DNA of 48,877 nucleotides, counting the filler, from Stramenopiles sp. TOSAG23-2 (taxonomy: Eukaryota), in assembly GCA_900128395.1 (NCBI GenBank). It is 2 parts of 2 records of this genome, joined end to end, with 100 filler letters (N's around TTAATTAATTAA, not from the genome) between each part and the next. Parts side by side here need not be neighbours in the genome. Positions count along the whole stretch, not along the records: positions 24,509 to 48,877 come from LT649467.1; 1 more part is not named here. One strand, 5' to 3'. Shown piece by piece: positions 32,305 to 43,716 of this stretch. The position numbers and the translations under genes were made by a program. Numbering within the stretch: the first letter of the stretch is position 1; every line of letters starts with the position of its first letter. Under the pieces are notes generated by a model. The model ran no database searches. It was not told the DNA's origin and saw only the letters and a list, made by a program, of their open reading frames with translations.

Positions 32305-32623
32305 CGAAGTCGACGATTTTTTATAGTTGATATAGGTTGATATTGTAATAGATATACCATTGGTGTTAGGGTAGAGACGTAGTTTATATTATGTACTAAA
32401 AATAAAAAGAAAGATTGAGATATCTTTTCTACCACCCCCACCTGGCCCACACCAGCTCATCAGGCCACAGCTGGGCCAGCTATACTCCACATATAGAATT
32501 TTAAATTGATTCGTACTATTATATTGCTATTCTAGATATATACCTGTATTTATGAAAAAAATATGTTTTGTACCATCATGTTCTAAGTATAGCAATAGCA
32601 CGATAAAATCATACATTACATGA

Positions 32624-33349
32624 TTAATCACGTTGCGCAATAGCAGTTAAATGGTTTTCAATTTCTTCTTCTGATAATGTACGGAAATTATTTGTACCTT
32701 CTACTACACCAACTTCAATTTCGGTAGGTTTAAAATCTGCTGATAAAACATGTTGCAATTCTTCGATTGCTGATTGAATTGTATAATCCGTATCCCCACC
32801 TTCTGGTTTTTCTTTTACTTTTTTTTCAAGTCTTGTCATAGCTTCTTGATATTTCGTTCCAGCAGCAACTGCTTTGTATCCGTAAAAATGTCCAGCAGGG
32901 TCAACTTTGTATAAAGATGGGCCTTGCTCCTGGTCGATGGAAGATAATATCATCATAGCAGCATATGCACGACGGCCTGCTTGTTGTGTGTATACTTGTG
33001 CTAAATCTGCCATTCGTTTTGCTAAAACAGAACATGGCATATCATATCCATTATTATAACGAAACTCACTAGCTTCTGCTCTTGCTTGTGTCACCAATGC
33101 CTTTGCATCTGATGTACGACCAGTCATAACTGCTCCAATTTTATCCGTAATTTGAAACATATGTGTTACTGATGATGGATCCACTAATTTATCAACTACT
33201 TTTTTCTGTGTAACAAACGCAACAGAATTTTCACCTCGCATGGCGACTGTAGTATGGTCGGTTCCACGAGTTGCTTTAAATGCATATTCAATTTGAAACA
33301 GTCTACCCTCTGGACTAAAAATAGTAATGTACCTATCGTAACCTGACAT
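32624..33349 (-). CDS. PSMA6: 20S proteasome subunit alpha type-6 (alpha1)
   Basis: GYDRYITIFSPEGRLFQIEYAFKA, TQKKVVDKL, ADLAQVYTQ, YKVDPAG, DFKPTEIEVGVV. Confidence 0.96.
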   Translation of the reverse strand: MSGYDRYITIFSPEGRLFQIEYAFKATRGTDHTTVAMRGENSVAFVTQKKVVDKLVDPSSVTHMFQITDKIGAVMTGRTSDAKALVTQARAEASEFRYNNGYDMPCSVLAKRMADLAQVYTQQAGRRAYAAMMILSSIDQEQGPSLYKVDPAGHFYGYKAVAAGTKYQEAMTRLEKKVKEKPEGGDTDYTIQSAIEELQHVLSADFKPTEIEVGVVEGTNNFRTLSEEEIENHLTAIAQRD

Positions 33350-34040
33350 GATTTATGTATGTATATATCTGTGTATATGTAGTATATATATAAATGTAAA
33401 TATAGGTGATATTACTTTTCACTCTTTCAACAACAAACAACTACTGTATATTATATACTTTCATATTCAATATATTTTACACACAATCATTCTTAGTTTT
33501 CCTTCTTATTTCACTTATTCATTTTTTTTGAATTTTTTTTTTAATTTTTTTTAGATTATTATTTTTTTTTTTTTTTTGTATTATTTTTGATTTTTGGAGT
33601 TTTTCACATTTAAATTCCTTAAATATCTATAATATTACACAGTTCTATACAATCCTATATAGTCCTACATCAGATTTTTATTAATGCTAATACGATACTA
33701 ATACGTAATATATTATTACTTAATTTATTAATTAATCATGTACCGTTTTATAGATTCTACTTCCTTGTTCTTTGTACCTGGTTCTTCATCATCATCATGT
33801 GATAGTAAACGGATAAAATTATTATTCATCAAAATCATTGAATATATATAGTATACTATTATTTACATGTAAAAAAGATAGAATGATAATAAATACAAAG
33901 ATATTTACATTTATGTAACTACAGATTTTTAGAAGAACTATAGAAGAATACAACATTCATATACATACATATATATATTATTATTATATATTCAGTAAGT
34001 ATAAATATAATTATTATATCATATTTAAGATATAACAAAT

Positions 34041-35682
34041 ATGAACTCTGCAAGATCAAATACATCTACTTTATCTAACGCACGTAGGAAAAAGTTAGAA
34101 GATTTAAGACAGAAAGCGTTAGGACCACGTGGGTCAAAACGGGAGAAATTAAAAGCGATATTAAAAAAGAAATTGACTGATAAATACGGCAAAAAATGGA
34201 TTGACGTTATATCTGATGAAGTAGATCGTTTCATTGTAACAACGATGACACGAAAAATTAGTGAAAATGATTTAGCAGGTCTTGAAAATAAAATACGTAC
34301 AAAGTGTCGTTTAGGGGAAACATCCCGAAGTTCTGCACGTCAAAGTGCACGTCAAAGTGCACGTCAAAGTGCAAGGCAAAGTGCACGTCAAAGTGCAAGG
34401 CAAAGTGCAAGGCAAAGTGCAAGGCAAAGTGCAAGGCAAAGTGCAAGAGACAATGTGCCTCAAACACCTAAACAAGAAGGATCTACAACATCGGAACAAT
34501 TAGGTGCAGATGAGTGGACGTTGTTGGATGCTTTTGATGCAATGATGAATGAGAAAAAAGTTGCAGATGATAAACGAAGATATCGCGAAGAGCAAAGGCA
34601 ATTGAAAGAAGAATTGGATAAGCAAGTCGCTATCAAAGAAGAAGCTGCTGCCATACACAAGGCAAAGGAGGATAGTTACATCAATGAAATTATTGCTGAA
34701 GTGAAACAAGATAAAATTGACAAAGCAGCAAAAGCGGCTAAAATTAAATCGGAGATGATGAAAATCAAAGAAGCAAGAGATAAAACAATTGCTATTGAAC
34801 GTGCAAGGAAGAAAAAGGAAAAGGAGGATAATTTAAGACGTGAAATACGTATCATTGAGGAAGCGCAAGAGGAGGAAAAACAAAAAAAGCTACGAGCTAA
34901 ACGTGATAAAATTAGACGTTTAAAAGAAGCTGCTGAGGTACGAGCGGAAAATGAACGTTTGCGTTTAATCAGAGAAGAACAAGACGAAAAAGATCGATTA
35001 GAAGATATTCGTTTACAAGAAGAAAATGCAGCAAGAGAATTGAAAAAAGAAGCAGATAGGAAAGCATATTTTGATAAAACCGCTGCTGATCAAGCTGCTA
35101 GGCAAGCAAGAAATGTTGAAAGTCGCAAAGAAGAGTTCGATCAAGCAGCANNNNNNNNNNNNNNNNNNNNNNNNNNNNNNNNNNNNNNNNNNNNNGGATG
35201 GAAGAAGGGCAGAAAGACAACAACAAGAATTGGAAGACAAACAGAAGCAAAGAGCAGAAGAAGATCGTCTCAGACGCTTGCAAGAGTTAGAGGAAAGAAA
35301 TAAAATATTAAAGAAACAAGTGGAGGAAAAACGTAGAAGAGCAATGGAACGTAGATCCCATGATTCAAAGTATGTGCAAATTGCTAAAGAGGAGATTGTT
35401 CAATATGAAAGCAGACTAAAAGCCGAGAAAATAAACAAAAGAAGGAAACAATTGGAATACCAAGATATGTTGCGGCAACAAATTGCATCAGGTGGCGGTG
35501 GTGTAGATAAAAATGTTACTAGTATGACCCAAGGAGAACGCGCATTAAATCAAGAAAAATTACAAAAAATACATGGTAACCCTGAATTAATGAACACATT
35601 ATTAAATAGAATTAAGTTTGGATCTCCAGGTAAAAAGAAGCAGGCTGGTAAAGATGATTATGATGATGAGGAGGACTTCTAA
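34041..35682 (+). CDS. Long charged coiled-coil protein (possibly ciliary/cytoskeletal), interrupted by an assembly gap
   Basis: ORF 34041-35150 and the post-gap frame (35197-35682) have the same E/K/R/Q helical character. The apparent frameshift coincides with the 45-N gap. Confidence 0.75.
34329..34448 (+). repeat. Coding 12-bp tandem repeat encoding SSAR + (QSAR)x9
   Basis: CAAAGTGCA(CGT/AGG/AGA) units; only the Arg codon varies among the QSAR units. Confidence 0.95.
35151..35195. other. Scaffold gap (45 N) inside a CDS
   Basis: Run of N; flanking reading frames are offset by one base. Confidence 0.95.
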
Positions 35683-36637
35683 ATGTAAACATGATATTTA
35701 GCTACTGATAACATTTTGATCTCGTATTAATTAGTGTGTGTGTGTGTATATATATACGAAGAAAGAATATATAATAAACAATAAATTTACTATAGTACTA
35801 TATTAATGTCTGGTAATGTTGTTGTTTTGGTTGTTGTATCGAAGATAATTATTTTATACTTATTAGACTATAGAAACAAAGCCTTGCATAAAAAGAAAGT
35901 AACACCTACCGCAGACAGCTTTTTTCTTTTGCATAGTATCTCAGTATCTCGTCATTTACATCTTACAGCATAATATGATTAGATACTATTATATTAGCCA
36001 TTAGCCATTTAAAGTACTGTATGTAATATGTAATATGTAATGTATAATAAACTGTCGAAACTTTTAATAGGAACTAATATGGATTTCAACTACAATAGAG
36101 AGTAGACGACTACAAAAAAAAGTTAAGTTAAACAATCGTCCTCGTATCTCGTACTTGGGAGTTTATTTGAAGTTATTATACAGAAATCTCAAAAAGATTC
36201 ACATTGCTAAAAAGATGCCGTCGCGTTTGATGATAATAGGTCGTTAGTTCTTTCTATTTTTTGCGAAATTTCTAACTGTTGATTGTCAATTCTCAACAAT
36301 TTTTTATTATTATTATTATATTGGGTTGCTGATGATGAGTGACAATAATAATATTATTATGTGCCAATCTGGCAATACAATATATATATATAAGTTAACA
36401 TTAATAATTAATACATTCGTAGCATTTTGTCTTTGTTATCTTAAAACGTATTACACATCTATATATACCAAGAAAACTTTATTATCATAACGCGCATCTC
36501 ATCTATTTCTTAAAAAGTATGCACTTTTAAAATAAACTTGTACAAAAAATATTTAAAGGCATATCGTTCTAATAGATACAGTTACACATACATTGTAAAA
36601 TATTAAAAGGCTGGTCACCTTCGATACAATATAAATC

Positions 36638-39600
36638 ATGAGTATCGTAGGCGACGAGCAAAAAGTTAAAATGTTACTTGACAATGATTTATCGATACAA
36701 AGAAGCAACGTCAAGCGTGAAAATATGAAAGATTATTTGAAGGATCTTCGGTTTAGATTATTAGACGATTTAAAATCTGATCATCCTTTACGACACCCAA
36801 AGGCAGTCAATTGGCGAAGTGCACAGTCTGTAATAGCATTATTTAAAAAACATAAAGAACTAGCATATAACGAGAGAAGTGCGGCTACAAATTTAGACTT
36901 GATTGAAGAAAACGAACAATTGTGTAAACAAAACAAAATTATGAGTGATGAGCTGGAGCTGTTAAATAAAGCGGCTACAAGTATGAAAGTTCGCCTAGAA
37001 CATTTAGAAACGCAAAATCAATTATTAACCGAAAAAAGTACCAATGATAGCGAACGTGCTGAATCGCGGCAAGCAGAAAATACAGAGTATTTAGCTGAGT
37101 TAAAATCCACTAGATTAGAAAATAAGACAATGCGAGAGGCGCTAGGTAGATTAAGAACAGAACATTTAGAAGCATCGAAAGAGTTAGAAAGTCTTCGATC
37201 CGAACGAAGCAACTTGGCAAGCGAACAAGCAAAACATACTCGTCAAATTAAAATTTTAAAAGGGGAGTTAAAAGCGTCCGATGATGATAGAGAAACGCAG
37301 AAAATATTAGCTAGAAAATTGGAAACACAAATTGCAAAACAAAGTAGTGAAATCATTGTATTGACTGAGCAAGTTGGAGACTATGCTGTCATAAAAGCAG
37401 ATTACGAGGCTATGAAGCGGCGTTTACAAAACATTGAAGAATCATCTTTCTCACAGCAACAAAAGTTAATTAAAAAAACATTGGATAATATTAGACTGCA
37501 AAAAGAAAGAACATTTTTCAGTGTTTGGTATCAAAATGTGACAGCTATCAGACGAAGTCGGTTTGTATTGTTAAAAATGAAAAATAGACGTTTGCATACA
37601 GTTTTTGCACAATGGCAATACAATGTATATGAAATTGTTTCACAACGTAAGAAACTGAAAAGATTTGCCAGCCACATGATGCAAGGAGCAAAAGCTAGAA
37701 TTTTTAGAACATGGTGGCATAAAGTTGAGCTAAGGCGGGAAGCGAATAATGAAAAATTACGTGAACAGCGATTAATAGAAAAGGCTGCTAGAAGATGGAA
37801 TCGACGGGAATTGCATTTTTTCTATACTAAATGGTCAAACAACATTAAGTCCATCAAACGTGACCGTGCATTGCTCGCCAGGTTCATGTCTAAATACAAT
37901 AAACGAATGGAACATTCTGTATTCTCTCGTTGGGCTGAATTCGCAATGGAACGAAAAAGATTAAGACATGATGAAGAAGTAAAAAACAGGAAGATAAAAA
38001 AAGCAGCCTTAAAATGGAAACAAATGGAGCTCCATGCTGTATTTAACACATGGCACAAGAATGTCAAAAATATTGTACGTGAAAGAAAATTAGTTGAACG
38101 TTTCAAATCAAGATATACACATCGTATCGAGCATTCAGTTTTCAGTAGATGGCATGAAGTCACAGTGGACAAAAAGAAAAATAGAAAATTGGTGGAACAA
38201 TTTGCAAGAAAATGGCGTAATATGGATTCCTTTACTAGATTTAATAGATGGGTCCAATTTACAAAAGACTCTAAACGTGAAAGGCAGGAAGGTGAAGCAC
38301 GTGATAATAAGGTTCGTCGTGCTGCATTGAGATGGAAGTTGATGGAGTTAGGTCATGTATTTCACGGGTGGGCGCATAATGTTGAAGCAAACATTCGAGA
38401 AAGAAAATTGCTTGATCGGTTCATGAGAAAACTTAAAAGAAAAACGGAATATTCAGTATTTGCTCGATGGATAGATTTTACGAAAGATAGCATTTGGACA
38501 AGAAATACTATAGCGCGCTTCATCTCTAAATATAAGAGGCGATCTGAACATGCAGTTTTTGACACATGGGCTGAATTTACTGAAGAATCAAAGAGATACA
38601 GAAATAAAATGGATAATTTTCATCACAAATATAAATATAAATATGAAATCTCAGCCTTTGCTCGTTGGCTAGAGCATACAAAAGAGAGAAAAAAATATCG
38701 CGTTTTGGTTCAAAGGTTCCGTATAAGATTTAAGAAACGGCTTGAGAGTGCTTCATTTGCTCGTTGGGTTGATTATGTACATGACATAGTGACAAGTAGA
38801 AACAGATTAAACAAATTTTTGAAAAAATACAAATATAAAACTGAAATTTCGGCCTTTAGTCGTTGGGTTGATTTTACAAAGGAGAGAATAAAATATAGAG
38901 TATTAACTCAGCGATTTATAACAAAATACAACAAAAGAACGGAACATGCCTCTTTTGACCGATGGGTTGAGCAGGTAGAAGAGATTAAGCGTAATCGAAC
39001 GACTATTACACGTTTCACTAAAAGATGGCAAAATCTTGGATTGCTTGCTGTTTATCGTGGATGGCATCATTTTGTAGAGGAACAGAAACATGAACGCAAG
39101 GAGACTGAGGCATGGGAAAGAAAGGTAAGGCGTGCTATGTTGAAATGGAAACAATTTGAACTAGGCTTGGTATTTAAAGGGTGGCATTCAAATGTCTATA
39201 ATATTCGCCGTGAACGAGCATTGGTTGCGCGTTTTGTGTCAAAGTTTCATAAAAGAGTAGAACATATGGTATTTTCTACATGGGCACAATATACACATGA
39301 AAAAATAAGTAATCGTAGATTAATTACCCAGTTTGCCAAACGTTGGAAAAATGCAGATAAGCATCACATCTTCCAAACTTGGAAAGACTTTATTGCCGGT
39401 GTACATAATGAAAGGGAGATCGAGGAACAGCGTAATTTGCGAGTTAAGCAAGCAATGTTGAGATGGCAGCAAAAGGAACTATCTGCCATGTTCCATGGAT
39501 GGCGAAATAATAGCAATGAAATCAGAAGAAATAGAAATCTTGTGAATCGTTTCGTCACTAAGTTTCAGAAGAGGCATGAACATGCTGTCTTTATCACCTG

Positions 39601-42600
39601 GTACGACAAAGTACAAGATCGTGTCAACGCAAGAAAACATTTTAAAAGAATGATTAGCCGCTTTGAACGGAAAGAGGAAGCTGGTTGTTTTATGATGTGG
39701 AAACGCCGCGTCAATTTTATGAAAGAGAATGAGAGAATACTGCAGTCTGCGAAAGAAGAAAAAGAGCAGCTAGCCCTTCGAGCACAACGTGAACATGCTA
39801 TGCAACAAAGGCGATTAAAACGCTTTTTAACGCACGTCAAAAGGCAAGGCGAATCCCTCGCGTTGAGAACTTGGAAACAAAATGCAATGGAACAAAAACG
39901 ACAACGCTTAAAATTGCAGAGATTTATGAAACATATGAAATTTGGAACAGAGTCCAGTGTATTTCGTACATGGCGAGAAAATGCAATAGAACAAAAACGA
40001 AATAGAGTCAAATTAACCCGGTTTGTTAGACAAATGAAAATGGCTGGTGCATTAAAGGTGATTAAAACATGGGTTGCGAATGTAGAGGAAATCAAAAGAG
40101 TCCGGCAAACTATGGTCCGCGTCTTGCATAGAGTTTGCAACGCTGGTTTGCTGTTTGGTATGCGAAAATGGAAGACGTACGTCAATTGGTACGCAAAGAA
40201 TATTTTGGAAGGTACTAAGCATGAAATGGAAAATAAAATTATGGAACTTCAAGATTCTCACAATCAGCTTCAAGAACAATTAAATGGGCAAACAGCTGTT
40301 ATACAGACTTTACTGGATTCAAAGAAACTTCGTACAAGTTACTTCACTTGGTCCAAATTCAAAAATGACCGTTTTAAAGCTAGAAGAATTTTAACCAACA
40401 TTGCATTCAGTGCATTGAATGTGCCGTTTATCCATTGGCGTAGAGTGGCAACGCAAATTAAGCATGATGCCGTCATGAAAGCCGTAGCAAAGGCTGCGCA
40501 GGAGGAGATGGCAGTGTATCGTAAAAAGCGTGCTGAGTCTTTTATGAGGCAATTGAGACTAAGTGGGGTGTCCCGTGTATTCCGAGGGTGGCGCTTTAAC
40601 GCTGTGGAACGCATGCATCAACGTAATGTCGTCAATCGATTCGTAAAAAGATGGAAAAATCAAGGATTGGCTAAAATATTTTTGTTGTTTGTGAAAAATA
40701 TGCAAGTCAGAAAACACCACAGGTATGTGATGACACGCTTTTTTACACATTTATCTTTGAAAAAGGAAAAAATGGGATTTAAAAAATGGGTTGGAGTTGT
40801 TCAATTTACAAAGCAGCAAGCTGCAGAAGAGGCAAGGGAGTCAAAAATACGAATGAAACTTGCTATGATGGAAAAAGAAGCTGCAGATAAACTTCAAAAA
40901 ATCAAAGAGCGTGAAGAACTACAACGAGCACAATATGAAAGTAAATTGCACGAAGTGAGAGAAATACATGCAAAAAAAGTTTTACGTAACCTCGTAGGAG
41001 ATATGCTCGGCAAAACTTTCTCCGCGTGGCGTCATTTTACAGATAGATCTCTTAAAGATAAAAATACTGTCAAATTGTTTGTTAAAAGATGGCGACAGCA
41101 AGGTTTATTTACCGTCTTTCGAACTTGGGCTGTTAACGTACAAAAGGCTGTAGAGGAAAGAAGAACTATTATAAGATTTACAAAACAATGGCGAAATCGT
41201 GGTTTAATGATGAGGTATAAAAAATGGTATAGGTTTGCTAAAGATCAAAAAGCCGAAAGGAAAATGAATCAGAGAGTTGTCCATATATATAGCGATAAGT
41301 TACGGAAAAAGTTGTTCAAATCATGGCAAAAAGAATCAAAAGATATGAAACGAATCAGGATCAATACAGAAAATTTTATTCGTAAATGGAGAAATCTTGA
41401 TCTGACCGTCGCATTTCAAAAATTTCAATATCTAAGAAAGATGAGAGTGCATTTGCGTGATTTCTTCCAAAGGGCGGAAGATAAAAGAGCGGCAATGATC
41501 AAAGAGGAAAAGAATGCAGCTTTTAAACATTGGTTGAAATTTTGTAACACTTCTTTGATGTACAGAGTGAAAGAGCTTGCGAAAGAAGTACACGATTTAC
41601 GAACCCATTTGGACCAGGAAAGAGCGTTCCGAGAGCTTGAACTTGGTAAAGCTGACGCGCGAATGGAAGATACGAAAATGCACCGCGCAAAGCGTATGCT
41701 GGCTAGATGGAGTGGTAAAAGGTTGTTAGATTGCTTCGAAACGTGGGAGATGAACGTCAAGAATATACGACACCAAAGGAAAGTTATGAAAGCATTTGTT
41801 GGAAAGTTGAAGAATCGACAACTGTTGGCTCTTTTCAATCAGTGGTCAGAGAATGTAGCAAACATAAAACGCCAACGATACGTTGTAAATCGATTTGTTA
41901 GGCGTTGGAAGAATAGAAATTTGGTGAGAACATTTGAAGCTTGGAGCTATCATGCGCATTCTATGAAACATGATCGTATAATTATGACGAAATTTATTAA
42001 ACAATGGCAAAATAAATTTTTGTTGAAATTATTTCGCACATGGCACACTAAAGTTGCAATGAAAGTTTATCGCAGATCGCATAGTGGTCGCATGAACAGG
42101 CTTAGTGATGCATTTGAACGATTTTGTCGCAAGCTTTCAAGGGCGAAACATGTTAAAGACTTGTTTACCATCGTTTCGCAGTATGGTCCGGATGTGGTTC
42201 AATGCGATTCTATCACCATTTTCCTATTTGATGCACAAAAAGGGGTTTATTGGACGCTATATGGAAGTGGGTCAAAGAAATTAAAATGTCCACACCGTGG
42301 TCATGAAGGCGTTATTGGCTACGTAGCTAGAACTGGCCTACCATTGATGGCAGAAAATGTTATTGAGCATCCTTCGCATTACAAAGAGATTGATGGAACA
42401 ACTTATACCTCCTCGCAATTAGGTGATGGAATGAAACAAATTATTGAAGAAGGTGAAGACAGTGTAACTGTTGGAACGTATCAGTACATTGGGGTACCAA
42501 TAATTGATCGCGGTGGGCCTACCGTTGCTGTTATCAAAGCAACGCATTTAAAATTGAATAATTTAAATGAAACGAAGGAGAAACCGGCAAAAAATCGCAC

Positions 42601-43189
42601 CGGACAAAAAGCAGAGTTGGATGATGTCGCTGTTGAAGCACTTAGGATGATAGGCTCGGTTGTTAGATGTTCGCCTATCTTCCCAAGCCAAGTCGTCCAA
42701 CATGTAGAACGGCGCGTAATGCAATGGGGATCGCAAATCACTGAAGCCTTAAAGGCATTTGATGTTACCCATGACCGTATATCAGCTTCAATACATAAAG
42801 GTGAAAAAGCACAACAACATGAATATACTAATTTTGAAGGAATGATGAATGATGATAGCGTATATAACTCCGAAATAGCTAATGCTAACAATATGGCCAC
42901 TGGTGGTGACATGGACACTAAGACAAAAAGTAACAATAGGCAACGAGGGCAACAGAAGGAATCGCTGTTAAAAGTTTCCGATTTGGATCCATCACAATCG
43001 ACCAGAGTTGGTCAACAAGCGCCATTATCCCCATCAAACATGGGAGAACTTTTATTTGATCGTATTGATAAAGATAAAAATGGTGTCATAGATAGAAAAG
43101 AATTTTTAGAAGCTGTTCAAAATGCACAAGCTTTGACTGCATTAGCATCATCTCTTACTGATGAGAAAGGGTTACCTAAAGTAATGTAG
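36638..43189 (+). CDS. Giant Sfi1-like centrin-binding repeat protein with C-terminal GAF-like domain and EF-hand
   Basis: N-terminal coiled coil; about 40 F-x-x-W repeats mostly 33 or 40 aa apart; GAF-like region (CDSITIFLFD...GVIGYVARTG...VPIID...VAVIKA); EF-hand FDRIDKDKNGVIDRKEF. Confidence 0.82.
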   Translation: MSIVGDEQKVKMLLDNDLSIQRSNVKRENMKDYLKDLRFRLLDDLKSDHPLRHPKAVNWRSAQSVIALFKKHKELAYNERSAATNLDLIEENEQLCKQNKIMSDELELLNKAATSMKVRLEHLETQNQLLTEKSTNDSERAESRQAENTEYLAELKSTRLENKTMREALGRLRTEHLEASKELESLRSERSNLASEQAKHTRQIKILKGELKASDDDRETQKILARKLETQIAKQSSEIIVLTEQVGDYAVIKADYEAMKRRLQNIEESSFSQQQKLIKKTLDNIRLQKERTFFSVWYQNVTAIRRSRFVLLKMKNRRLHTVFAQWQYNVYEIVSQRKKLKRFASHMMQGAKARIFRTWWHKVELRREANNEKLREQRLIEKAARRWNRRELHFFYTKWSNNIKSIKRDRALLARFMSKYNKRMEHSVFSRWAEFAMERKRLRHDEEVKNRKIKKAALKWKQMELHAVFNTWHKNVKNIVRERKLVERFKSRYTHRIEHSVFSRWHEVTVDKKKNRKLVEQFARKWRNMDSFTRFNRWVQFTKDSKRERQEGEARDNKVRRAALRWKLMELGHVFHGWAHNVEANIRERKLLDRFMRKLKRKTEYSVFARWIDFTKDSIWTRNTIARFISKYKRRSEHAVFDTWAEFTEESKRYRNKMDNFHHKYKYKYEISAFARWLEHTKERKKYRVLVQRFRIRFKKRLESASFARWVDYVHDIVTSRNRLNKFLKKYKYKTEISAFSRWVDFTKERIKYRVLTQRFITKYNKRTEHASFDRWVEQVEEIKRNRTTITRFTKRWQNLGLLAVYRGWHHFVEEQKHERKETEAWERKVRRAMLKWKQFELGLVFKGWHSNVYNIRRERALVARFVSKFHKRVEHMVFSTWAQYTHEKISNRRLITQFAKRWKNADKHHIFQTWKDFIAGVHNEREIEEQRNLRVKQAMLRWQQKELSAMFHGWRNNSNEIRRNRNLVNRFVTKFQKRHEHAVFITWYDKVQDRVNARKHFKRMISRFERKEEAGCFMMWKRRVNFMKENERILQSAKEEKEQLALRAQREHAMQQRRLKRFLTHVKRQGESLALRTWKQNAMEQKRQRLKLQRFMKHMKFGTESSVFRTWRENAIEQKRNRVKLTRFVRQMKMAGALKVIKTWVANVEEIKRVRQTMVRVLHRVCNAGLLFGMRKWKTYVNWYAKNILEGTKHEMENKIMELQDSHNQLQEQLNGQTAVIQTLLDSKKLRTSYFTWSKFKNDRFKARRILTNIAFSALNVPFIHWRRVATQIKHDAVMKAVAKAAQEEMAVYRKKRAESFMRQLRLSGVSRVFRGWRFNAVERMHQRNVVNRFVKRWKNQGLAKIFLLFVKNMQVRKHHRYVMTRFFTHLSLKKEKMGFKKWVGVVQFTKQQAAEEARESKIRMKLAMMEKEAADKLQKIKEREELQRAQYESKLHEVREIHAKKVLRNLVGDMLGKTFSAWRHFTDRSLKDKNTVKLFVKRWRQQGLFTVFRTWAVNVQKAVEERRTIIRFTKQWRNRGLMMRYKKWYRFAKDQKAERKMNQRVVHIYSDKLRKKLFKSWQKESKDMKRIRINTENFIRKWRNLDLTVAFQKFQYLRKMRVHLRDFFQRAEDKRAAMIKEEKNAAFKHWLKFCNTSLMYRVKELAKEVHDLRTHLDQERAFRELELGKADARMEDTKMHRAKRMLARWSGKRLLDCFETWEMNVKNIRHQRKVMKAFVGKLKNRQLLALFNQWSENVANIKRQRYVVNRFVRRWKNRNLVRTFEAWSYHAHSMKHDRIIMTKFIKQWQNKFLLKLFRTWHTKVAMKVYRRSHSGRMNRLSDAFERFCRKLSRAKHVKDLFTIVSQYGPDVVQCDSITIFLFDAQKGVYWTLYGSGSKKLKCPHRGHEGVIGYVARTGLPLMAENVIEHPSHYKEIDGTTYTSSQLGDGMKQIIEEGEDSVTVGTYQYIGVPIIDRGGPTVAVIKATHLKLNNLNETKEKPAKNRTGQKAELDDVAVEALRMIGSVVRCSPIFPSQVVQHVERRVMQWGSQITEALKAFDVTHDRISASIHKGEKAQQHEYTNFEGMMNDDSVYNSEIANANNMATGGDMDTKTKSNNRQRGQQKESLLKVSDLDPSQSTRVGQQAPLSPSNMGELLFDRIDKDKNGVIDRKEFLEAVQNAQALTALASSLTDEKGLPKVM

Positions 43190-43716
43190 AGAGAGTAAAG
43201 TAAAACGTTGTATCATATGATGCGTATCGTTTACTGAATATTATGTATGATGTATCATATATAATATAATATCATAACATACGTAGTATGATACGAAGCG
43301 TATGATATGATGTACATATATATATACGAACGTATATATGCATATTATACCTTTTAATTTTTATTTCTAATTGTATACTCGTGATAATTCCTATCATACT
43401 CTCAAAAAAGTATGATATTTAAAAAAAATAAATATTATAAAAATATAATACTCTCGTATGTGTGTCAATAACTCCCGAAACGGGAATTACCATTAGCCTG
43501 CGGCGGCGCATGAGAGATAATCTTTAGATTGAGTATTGAGCATGGTATTTTGTCAGAGATATAAAATTATTACGGTATATTTATGCTAATAACACGTATA
43601 TTTTTACGTAGAGTTTAACCACATTCATAATAATCCATTATGATAAAATAATCATTAAATTTATTAATGGCCATATGATTCAACAGATCATATGATACCT
43701 GAGACTATTTCTATTT

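Noticed and set aside
2427-33349. Functional cluster of ubiquitin-system genes (UBC9, CSN4, USP, PSMA6)
   Set aside because: Interspersed with unrelated genes, split across the artificial junction, and drawn from a large gene class.
34329-34448. CRISPR-like array
   Set aside because: Contiguous 12-bp units with no spacers, in frame within a eukaryotic CDS; no cas genes.
35071-35303. Programmed frameshift in the coiled-coil gene
   Set aside because: The frame change falls exactly on a 45-N gap of estimated length.
37018-42936. Numerous antisense ORFs of 60-206 aa opposite long genes (also inside USP, kinesin and helicases)
   Set aside because: Shadow ORFs from codon bias of the sense genes; S/F/L-rich with no motifs.
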